A stretch of 37,372 nucleotides of DNA from the sequence record SRR22947725_3405; one strand, given 5' to 3'. Under the pieces are notes generated by a model. That model saw only the letters and a program-made list of their open reading frames with translations, was not told the origin of the DNA and did no database searches. The position numbers and the translations under genes are program-made. The number at the start of each line of letters is the position of its first letter. Position 1 is the first letter of the stretch. Below are positions 1 through 9,300 of the stretch, piece after piece.

Positions 1-69
1 CGGAATGATCAGAGCAGGAAAAACTCCAATCCAGAGAACGCGTTTTTGCAATGGAAAATTGTGTTTCAC
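1..69 (-). CDS. Possible 5' end of a membrane or exported protein gene running off the window
   Basis: GTG at 69 opens MKHNFPLQKRVLWIGVFPALIIP (basic then hydrophobic), open to the edge. Too short to identify. Confidence 0.3.
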   Translation of the reverse strand, partial: MKHNFPLQKRVLWIGVFPALIIP

Positions 70-277
70 TGGCTAATAGATACGGACCCATTCCATGCGG
101 GTATACTCGCATCAATGCACAGTGTTTCAAGTAAATGCATTTATTCCCCTTGAGGCAGAAGATAAACAATCGACTTACTACGCAATCCAACAATCAATTG
201 TCCTGACCCTAGAATGCCGAACCGCAGGGCCATGGTGACCGTCAACCATTACAAATCAGAATATTTTATTTTATCTG

Positions 278-306
278 TTGACCAGACATGGAAAGGGTGG
301 TTACTT
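278..306 (+). promoter_or_regulatory. Possible sigma-70 promoter for the ncRNA candidate
   Basis: TTGACC (278-283), 17 nt, then TTACTT (301-306). The -10 is a weak match. Confidence 0.3.
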
Positions 307-309
307 ACA

Positions 310-492
310 CCCATAACTTTTAGGATTTTCGGGCTGGTAAGTCTCATTAGCTTACTCACTCACATAACTTTTCTGATTGAAGCGGTAAACCGTTAAGATC
401 GGAATACTACAACATCCTACATATTAAACACTGGTTCTGAAAATTCCCCGGGCCCTTAGCCATCCTCTGGCGATAGGGCCCGGTTTTGATTT
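310..492 (+). ncRNA. Candidate structured small RNA or leader of about 180 nt
   Basis: 323-338 pairs with 430-447 (with G-U pairs and bulges). Inner hairpin 371-377/398-404 is capped by GCGG-TAAA-CCGT. The unpaired flanks are AC-rich and the element ends in a terminator. Confidence 0.45.
448..492 (+). terminator. Intrinsic terminator
   Basis: CCGGGCCCT (448-456) pairs with AGGGCCCGG (475-483), with an inner GCCA/TGGC pair, followed by TTTTGATTT. Confidence 0.7.
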
Positions 493-577
493 ATAAGGGG
501 CCTTCTATTTGAGTGTCAGTCACAGCCTCGCTGATTTGATCTTGCCGCATGGCCACCTCTTTAACACAATTCTATCA

Positions 578-1150
578 ATGATTCTGCCCATCGTAAAATA
601 TGGACACCCGGCCCTGAGGCAAAAAGGAGCAAGCATCGAAAAATTTGACGGCAAACTGGAGACATTCGTCGACCATATGCTGGATACGATGTATGACGCC
701 GACGGCGTCGGACTAGCTGCCCAGCAAGTAGGCAAAGTACTTCAAATTACCGTGCTTGATGTTTCACATGCCGAGGACAGGCCTTCGACCATGGCTGTTG
801 ATGGCAAAGAAGTGGAAATCAAAAATTATATGCCTTTGGTGCTAATCAACCCGGAAGTCGAGCCGCTGAATGAAATGATCAAAGGACCTGAGGGATGCCT
901 CAGCTTTCCCGAGGTTTACGCGGATATAGAAAGACCTGAATCCGTTGAAGTGAAAGCGCAGGACCACAAGGGAACGCATTTTACTTTTACCTGCGGAGGC
1001 TTGCTCGCTAAAGCTGTTCAACATGAGTTGGATCACCTGAAGGGAATCCTGTTCATTGACCGTATGGAGCGAAAAGACAAAGACAAATGGAGAGCGATTT
1101 TGGAAGCCATGCGAAGTGAGACTCAGCGAGAATTAAACGCCAGTAAATAA
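578..1150 (+). CDS. def: Peptide deformylase
   Basis: Motifs GVGLAAQQVG, EGCLS and HELDH. ATG at 578 gives the typical N-terminus MILPIVKYGHPALR; the ORF-track TTG at 509 is probably too early. Confidence 0.97.
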   Translation: MILPIVKYGHPALRQKGASIEKFDGKLETFVDHMLDTMYDADGVGLAAQQVGKVLQITVLDVSHAEDRPSTMAVDGKEVEIKNYMPLVLINPEVEPLNEMIKGPEGCLSFPEVYADIERPESVEVKAQDHKGTHFTFTCGGLLAKAVQHELDHLKGILFIDRMERKDKDKWRAILEAMRSETQRELNASK

Positions 1151-1175
1151 AGAAGCCCCCATTTAAAAGGCAAGC

Positions 1176-2663
1176 TCAGATATATTGTTTCCTTAGATGC
1201 GAAGGAAGTATATTCAGCTCATTCCGATACTTCGCCACAGTCCTGCGAGCGATTTTAATTTCTTTTTGCAACAGATTCTTGACGATTTGGTCATCCGACA
1301 AGGGCTTGGTGGGGGCTTCAGATCGCACCATATCCTGAATAATGTCTTTTACAGTCGCATTGGAAATATCTGTGCCTGAGCTTGTTTGAATCCCAGAGGT
1401 AAAGAAAAATTTCATTTCAAAAATCCCCTGTGCACATTGAAGATATTTTCCGGAAACCGCACGACTTACGGTCGTTTCATGCACACCGACTTTCTCCGCA
1501 ACCTGCATCATCGTCATTGGCTTCAAGTGTGCGATACCGTTATCAAAAAACTCATTCTGGCGGCGCACGATTTCTTTGGCAATATTGCTGATCGTTTGCT
1601 GCCTCTGATCGATACTCTTGATGAGAAATTTCCCGGACCTGATTTTTTCCCTGATATACTCCTTTAAATCGGAAGCACTTCCGGTCTGAGATAATAGGTC
1701 CTTGTAGGTGTTACTGATACGAATACGCGGGATGTGATCGTTGTTGGTACTGACCACATACTCATCGCCGGTTTTGGTGATGAATACCTCAGGCGACACG
1801 TAAGTTTCCCCGTCATTGAGATAGGCATTGCCCGGGCGCGGATTCAATCGACTGATGTGTTCGGTGGCCTGAACAACATGCTCAAGTGAAACTCCCAAAT
1901 CGCGAGCAATTTCAGGGAATTTACGCTTGCCTAGCAGTTTGAAGCAGCGATCCAAAATTCTGTATTCCAGAGTCATTTCCCGCTCAGCCCTTTCAAGCTG
2001 TAACATCAGGCACTCACGCAAGTCTATAGCCGCTACCCCGGCAGGTTCAAAAGTTTGAATCAATTCAAGAATTACCTGAATGGTTTCCTTGGGGGTATTG
2101 GTAGAAAAAACTAATTCGTCGATGGAGGCGTTGAGATAACCTTTTTCATCAATATTTCCTATTAAGAGATCAGCAATTTGATGTTGGTCCAAGCTCAGGT
2201 CAGAGAGTCTTACCTGTTCTCGAAGCGTTTCCTGCAGCGACGTCGTGGTAGTCAAGCTGTCAAACATGTGCTGACGACGCTCATCGTCTTCTTTGGAATG
2301 CCTTTTGACCGGAAGTGCTGTTTCAGAAAAATAATCTCGCCACTCTTGATCAAGTTGGGAAAGTTTCTCAATCTGCGACTCCCATTCTTCGGAAGTATCT
2401 CTGGAATCATTGGAATCATCGGAATCAGAGAAACCCTCCCCAGCATCCTTGGAACTATCAGACTCGGTATCACTGGAGGAATCTTTGGATTTCAACTCCT
2501 GTTCGATCAGTTCCTCGAGAACCGGATTTTGTTCTAACTCCTGATTAACAAGGGCTTTCAACTCCAACATTGGCGCTTGCAACAAGGCAAGTGACTGCTG
2601 AAGCTGTGGCGCCAGCATCTGGGAAAGCGCCATCTTTTGAGATAGGAAAAGACCTTGTGCCAT
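1176..2663 (-). CDS. rpoN: RNA polymerase sigma-54 factor
   Basis: Region I Q/L-rich (PQLQQSLALLQ..ELEQNPVLE), HTH VHETTVSRAV, and RpoN box ARRTVAKYR. Confidence 0.98.
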   Translation of the reverse strand: MAQGLFLSQKMALSQMLAPQLQQSLALLQAPMLELKALVNQELEQNPVLEELIEQELKSKDSSSDTESDSSKDAGEGFSDSDDSNDSRDTSEEWESQIEKLSQLDQEWRDYFSETALPVKRHSKEDDERRQHMFDSLTTTTSLQETLREQVRLSDLSLDQHQIADLLIGNIDEKGYLNASIDELVFSTNTPKETIQVILELIQTFEPAGVAAIDLRECLMLQLERAEREMTLEYRILDRCFKLLGKRKFPEIARDLGVSLEHVVQATEHISRLNPRPGNAYLNDGETYVSPEVFITKTGDEYVVSTNNDHIPRIRISNTYKDLLSQTGSASDLKEYIREKIRSGKFLIKSIDQRQQTISNIAKEIVRRQNEFFDNGIAHLKPMTMMQVAEKVGVHETTVSRAVSGKYLQCAQGIFEMKFFFTSGIQTSSGTDISNATVKDIIQDMVRSEAPTKPLSDDQIVKNLLQKEIKIARRTVAKYRNELNILPSHLRKQYI

Positions 2664-2674
2664 AAACGATTACC

Positions 2675-2703
2675 AACATATACCAAAAAGCACAATCTTT
2701 CAA
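2675..2703 (-). promoter_or_regulatory. Sigma-70-type promoter of rpoN with a very short leader
   Basis: TTGAAA (2703-2698), N17, TATGTT (2680-2675). The ATG is at 2663. Confidence 0.55.
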
Positions 2704-2710
2704 GCCAGAG

Positions 2711-2726
2711 CGGCATGAAGATTGCT
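2711..2726 (+). promoter_or_regulatory. Sigma-54 -24/-12 motif oriented away from rpoN
   Basis: CGGCATG-AAGA-TTGCT has exact GG-N10-GC spacing and is close to the consensus TGGCACG-N4-TTGCW. Confidence 0.55.
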
Positions 2727-2799
2727 GCGAGAAATGTATCAAACAGCGTGAAACAAAAACCAATAATTGATGGATCACTGATTTTAGAACACTTTCAGA

Positions 2800-3291
2800 T
2801 CAAGATACCTTCTTGGTCACAGCTTTCTCGGCCTCTATCTGAAGATTTGTGAAATTACCCTCTTCACAACAATGAACAAATCCTTCAGTAACTGACTTCA
2901 GCTGCTCCCACCTTTGGCGAATACGGACAGCCTCAGGTGGGGTGATATGATTATCCCCTGCGGCAGAAGCAACGACGGATAATAAATCGGCAAATTCCTG
3001 CACTATGGTGTTCGTTGCCGGAATAAGGAAATCCGGGTGGGCATGGGTGTTTTTGGGGTTATGAATGAAAAAGCCCCCTCCTTTTTCACAAACCCACTCC
3101 AGCAATCGCTTATCCTGAGTACTATCAAGCAAATCTTTGAAACGATCCAGTGGGTTGTGAGTGCCACTTCCCTTTTCACCTTTGGGTTCCGCCCATTTGT
3201 AAATCATGGAAAGAGAGAGACCCATATCTTCTGCGATTTGCTTGGGACTTCCTTCTTTGAACAAATCGCGAAGTAACTCATGTGATTGCAT
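2800..3291 (-). CDS. Phage CII-like (CP76-type) HTH regulatory protein
   Basis: N-terminal HTH (PKQIAEDMGLSLSMIYKWAE), NPLDR motif and a helical C-terminus (DNHITPPEAVRI). ATG at 3291 (MQSHELL) is preferred over TTG at 3312. Confidence 0.65.
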   Translation of the reverse strand: MQSHELLRDLFKEGSPKQIAEDMGLSLSMIYKWAEPKGEKGSGTHNPLDRFKDLLDSTQDKRLLEWVCEKGGGFFIHNPKNTHAHPDFLIPATNTIVQEFADLLSVVASAAGDNHITPPEAVRIRQRWEQLKSVTEGFVHCCEEGNFTNLQIEAEKAVTKKVS

Positions 3292-3333
3292 GAGAGAATT
3301 TTGCGCTGCCAAGCTTACAAAGGCAAGATAGAT

Positions 3334-6300
3334 TTATGGCGTCGGCAGAAGGTTCACCCGATAAAATCTTGGAGAGAGCAGTCCACCGGTCAGCGAACCA
3401 TCGTCAACAAATTCAAATGAGTCTGTTTCAGAGATGATTACCTGAGGAATGTCGCTCCATGGACCCAGCAATGAGTTGGCGAAAGAAATCCGGTAAGCAA
3501 ATCCAGACATACCCGACCATCGAACTGTGATTTGACCGTTTGCGAAACTGACGCTGTCGATATTGGCCGGCGCTGCATCTCCTGGCTCTTTTCCTTCTTC
3601 ACGAGGATTGCCTTCAAGAACAGCGATACGATAAAAAGCATGTTCCGCCGGCAAGTCTATGCAGTGGGTCAGGCTGTTCCCATTGGATTCCAAAGTTTCA
3701 AGAACAGACCAGTTTCCAACTGAAATATCTGAAGTTGCCTCAACCTGATAAGCCTCACCAGTTGTTGAGGACCAGGAGAGGCAGACCTGATCATCTGCCA
3801 ATGCCATGATGGGATCAATGTAACTCAATACAACGGGCTCCACAGGAACGCCGGGCTGCCCCGCAAGCTCTCCAATCCGGAAAAACTGATAAGTAGTTGG
3901 CAAACTGACGCAGAATTGCATATTGGCATCATTTGCAGTGATAACTTCCACTTGTTGCCAATCCAAACTAGTCACACCACTGTTGCCCTGAATTACGTAA
4001 TCACTCCCTTCAGTGGCAGTCCACAGGAGGCAGATACGGTTTTGATCAAATTCAATTACAGGATCAATAAAAGCAGAGATGACCCGGTCACCGGGAGGCT
4101 GAGGATCGCCTCCCCCTGAACGAATCCTGAAGAAACGGAACTTGGTGGGCAGCTGGACACAGTATCTTGTTTGATCTCCAGTGGCCTGCACTTGTTCAAT
4201 CGCGGTCCACACGGAATCCTGAAGGCCGCTTCTTGCTTCAACGGTGAAGATATCGCCTGCTTGCGAAGGCCATTCCAAGCAGATTTGCTTGTCTTCAATT
4301 TGCAGGATAGCGTCAATAAATTCAACCGTATCAACCGGTGCCTCAATGTCTCCAGCAAGCACCCTCAAAAACCTGATTTCGGTTGGCAATGCCAAACAGT
4401 AAGCACTCTGATTGGCATCCGCAATGAAAGTATCAATCACTGCCCAGTCTCCGTCTCTCAAATCGACCAATCCTTCTATCTGGTAGGTGCGTCCTGTTTC
4501 AGAATCCCAATCAAGACAGATTTCATTATCACCCACACTTAGCACCACATCCACAAACACCTCTTCCCTAGGAGGTGACACGAGATCACCCACCACAATT
4601 CTGAAGAAACGATAAGGTGCAGGCAAATCAACGCAATACTGTGTAATTTCACCGATGGCAATTAGAGAACTCAAGTCGGTCCACGCCTCCTCTTCAAGAT
4701 TAACTTTGGCCTGAACCACATAAGATCGATTGACTTCAGTAGCCCAGTCCATGCATAGCTGATCTCCAACCAAAGCCAATACAGGATCGATAACAGGAGG
4801 CGCTGGAGGATCTTCGCCTTCAATGGGCTCGATACGGAAAAAGCGATAAGGTGTATCAAGCGCCAGGCAATATTGCATGTCACTGCGATCAGCAACAACT
4901 TCGTCAACATTGTTCCATGCGACTTCCAATAAACTCGTCCGGCCCTGAATACGATAACGGCTACCTGTCTCAGCATTCCAATTCAAACAGAGCTGATCAC
5001 CTTGGACATCGACAACCGGATCAATATAGTCCGAAGGTGTTTGGTTATCCAAACGGATCACTACGCGGAACAATTGATACTCAATCGGCAGGTCAAAACA
5101 GTACTCAGAATATACATCCCCGGCAATAATCGGTCCCGCCAAACCATCCCAAACCGGATCTTCTTCAAGAACTTTCCCCTCTACCCAGTAGCTTTGTCCG
5201 ATCTCAGATTCCCAGGACACGCAGATCTCATCACCTAGGAAGATAATATCAACAGGCACAACAATAATATCTGGGCTTTCATCAAATTTAGCGTTAGCCA
5301 TGATGCGATAATCCACCGCTGTTGTCTCACGATTGATGACCGAAAGATACCATCTCCCGGGAACCAATACCGGAGATGAATCCTGATTCAGCTGTATGAC
5401 TTCATCCACATTGCCAGGGTTAACACTTGCAGTGTCGAATGCCGAGAGAACAGGCGGACTCCCAAATTTTAAGAGAAGATCCAAATTCCCATTTTGACCA
5501 CCTTCAAGGTTGGAAAGAGTGAATGTCACATCAATGGTATCTTCGTCCACGTCGAAATAGTAGATTTCAGGGATCGCTGGCAATCCAGGCTGATTACCCG
5601 CAATGGCGTTTGTGACCCAGATTTCATTCTGCAAGGGTGTGGCGGGAACATCCACAGATTGGGCAGCCCTGACACGGTAGGTTACTTGGTCTTCTGCTTC
5701 ACGATTAATAACACCAAGGAACCATTCACCTCCGCTTAAAGCAACTGCAGTACTGGCATTCAGAACAATCGTTTCCGTGATGGAATTATCACTGAAACTG
5801 AAATCATCAAGATCTGTTAGACTGGGCAGTTGATCCTTTCTCAGTATGAGGTCTACATTGGCTTCAGCGCCCCCTGCTATTGGATCCAGTGTAAATGTTA
5901 CTTCCTCAGCAGCTGGGTCTACTACAAATCGGTAGTAATTTATTTCCTGAGGGAAGTCAGGCTGTTTGATCGCTACGGTGTTGGTTCTCCAAAGATTGTT
6001 CTCCAGAGTGATGACCGGGGGTTGGTTGGTTTCCAAGCTGGCACGAATAGTAAAATTAAGATCTTCCGTTTGCTGATTGAGCACGGAAAGAAACCAATTA
6101 CCATCAAGGCTGGGTAAGATGTCATTTGTGCGGACGATTAATTTACCTGAACCCGGTCTATCAGCAAAGACTGATCCTAATCGGTCATTGCTCTCAAAAG
6201 TAGGAAGTTCTTCTTTCTTTAAGGCAAATTGAGCATCTCCATCTGCTCCAAAGATTTCAAAGCGAGCTGCCACAGCGTTGGTGCTGGCTACCTCGAACAA

Positions 6301-9300
6301 GAAATAATTTTCTACCTTCGCGTCATCAGAGGCAAAATTGTCTCCAACCTTAAAATCGATGGATTCTCCATCTGTAAGACGAATGACATTGTATGGAACC
6401 GTTGTTTCAGTGACTGTGATCTGATAATCAACGTCGGTCCGATTGGCTTCCGCGTTGTAAACGCCAATGTAATAACTACCCGGAAAAATGGTCGCAGGAG
6501 GCTTATTTGTCTCAAACAACTGGTCTTTCAAAAGTCCTGGTAATTCCGAACGTTGATCAAAAACGGCAAGGTTAGGTAATGGTAACCCATATTTCTCAAC
6601 CATGTTGACATCCCCATTTGCCGGCTCTAGTTCAATGTCCAATTCCACAACATTGGAGGCAGCTCGATAACGGTAATACTGCATCTGGAGATCGTCTGTA
6701 AATGGAATGGTATTACTGAAGGGAATTGTATTGGTCAACGCAATGATCTGTACATCGTCCGCATCAAATTGCAGGCACAACTCATAATCCTGTTTGAAAC
6801 TGGATTTTCTGTTGGCAACCGCAAGGTAGTATCTTTGCCCAGGCTGTAACGCTGGTTCTGGAAGCGTTCCGAGCTGGTTCGTTTCTGAATCAAAAAATGT
6901 CATCCCCCCCAACGAGAGCAACATGCCTTCTCCTTCATCCGTACCATTGAAATCGATGGAAGGAATGACATCAGGAGGGCTATCGCCCGTTGGAACCCCT
7001 GTGTTATCAAACCACATTTCAAGGTCCCCCGTTCCGGTCAACCAATTGGTAGCCATTGTCGCGATCCGTGGGGTCTCGACAATGAAGTAATGCACTTCGT
7101 CGGCATCGAGTTTACCAGTAAAACATTGTCCATTGCGCAGAGTCTCGGCCTGAACATTGGTATTAGCCAGACTAAGGAGTAATTGCCAGTTTTGGAGGAT
7201 GGGTGGAGGCTCAATCGCACCGTCACGAGTATCGTTGATTTCCAAACTCCAATTGCCCAGCGCGGATTCTCCCTTGAAAACTTCAAGAGGTTCTTCAGGA
7301 AAGTAGTATTTCACCACAGCGGCATCGCGGATTTCAATATCATCCAGTGACATGGCAGGGCGACCCTTCACGAAAGTGAACTCCAATAGTGTTTCAGGCC
7401 TGGCCGGCACAAAGCGAATCGGAGTGTTTCGTCTCCAGCGAAGGGAACCATCCACTACCTGGGCCTGACGACCATCCAAGAATGCTAAACCAACAGGCGA
7501 ACCCCGACCAGCGGAGGAACGAGTGGAATAGAACAAATCAAATTTACGCCCAGGGGGAGTCGGAATAGTTATGGCCATTCTGGAACTGAAGACGTATGCA
7601 AATTTTCTTCCTTCAGGAGCGTTCCTGTTAACAATACGCACTCTTCCTGATATGACATCCCACATATTCCCAGCGTCATCGGCAGGGAAGGATTCAACTG
7701 CTGCTATAATGCCATTTGGCGCCTGTTCAAATCCACTGATAGGCGTAATGCTGGTGACAGCATTGGTGGTGAAGGGGCCTCGCGCAAACTTGATCAATGT
7801 ATCCGCATCTTCCTCATCGTCACTAAAACCAGCGAATACAGGTTCATCGGAGGTTCCTGATCCGAGACCAGTGTTGATGTCTTGTCCGCGATTTTCCGCA
7901 AGTAACACCCGCGTGCCTTGAGGACTTACCAGATGCATACTTAAATCGGATAATCGGGGGTGATCAATCCGTAAACCAATTTTGGCTTCCGCCACTCGAC
8001 GTGAATCGGCCACAAAGATGTCCGAATCCGTTTGGGCAAAGTCCAGAATAGGCACCTCAAGTTCGTCAGGAAAAAATGGTTGTTCCGAATCAATGATCAG
8101 GTTGCGTTCGATATTAAATGTCAATCTGAAATCAACAGCCACAGGGTGTGGATTGTAGACCCCGATGAAATACCTTCCGGCATTCAAGGGCGGAATATCT
8201 CTCGGCGTCATGGTGACTGTGACAATGTTTTCCCCCTCAACACCCAAAGCGCGTTTGTCGAAGATTGTTTGCGTCGGCAGTTCTTCAAGTCGTAGATACA
8301 AATCCAAGGGAAGGTCGAATTCTGTCAAATTAGCCGTAAAAGCGCTGGCATCAGGCGGCACTTCCACGAAGAAATACCTGAAAGATTCTGCCTGTACGGT
8401 AGCAAACAGTCCATTTTCATCGAGCAATTGATTCGGAGTGGCGACAACCCTGAAACCGGATAGTCGCCCGGTTTGACTGAGGGCGTTGTCCACCATAGTC
8501 ATGAGCCAGACTCCAACGCCATTTTCGCCAATGAAATTGATTAAATTACCGGGTCCATCAGAGGGGATTGAGTTTGGAAACACTCCAAAGTCATCATACA
8601 AACCATCGAGAAAAATCGAACTGCCTTGCGGGCTGAGCAATGTATGGTTATTCAAAACAGCCGAAACACCATTGTGGGAAATGCTTCCCAGAAGATCCCC
8701 GATGTCCTCGTGAAAAACAGTTTGCTCGACCACCACGCTTTGCACTGTAAGCCCATTCAATGGATTGCCAATAGCAATACCCAAACCAGCACCTGGACTA
8801 CCGGGAGTTCCGTCAGGGATAATACCCTGGTTCAACGGAATACCTCGGAAAACCCGGTTCCCATTTTGATCGGTAAAGTCAAAAGGCTCTTCCTGCGAAA
8901 GCCCCACCATGGCATACTGCGCACCCTGATGATCCTCTGACTTTACGCCTACATAATAGACCACGTCATCACCAAGCGGTTGATTTTCAAATAGCACCAC
9001 CTCGGTTCCACCTTGATTCAAAGACTTGGCCGCAGCGGAAACCACTCCTTCATCCAAGTCGAGGAGGCCTGCATCACGCGACACATAGAGGTCGATATCT
9101 GCTTCTGAAACGCGCGGCTTACCCAATTCAGGGGGAAGAAAAGTCACAAAAGCTACATTGGGGCCATTGGTAAAACCAACGTCGTTTGTAGAAGGCAACG
9201 AATTGGTAAAGGTATAGAACTGCCATTGCTGCGCCAATCCGTTGGTTGTGCCTAAAAGTGGAGCATTCGCGCCCACCCTGTCTTCGAGGCGGGGTATACC

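Noticed and set aside
132-143. 12-bp palindrome TAAATGCATTTA
   Set aside because: A single AT-rich occurrence that cannot be assigned to any regulator.
214-396. 60-aa ORF upstream of def
   Set aside because: No recognisable motif or RBS. It overlaps the promoter-like and structured elements, which an RNA explains better.
301-420. Mini-CRISPR reading of the 21-nt repeats with a 30-nt spacer
   Set aside because: Only two imperfect, non-palindromic copies, and no cas genes in the window.
2800-3291. Prophage remnant
   Set aside because: No other phage genes or att-like sites in the window.
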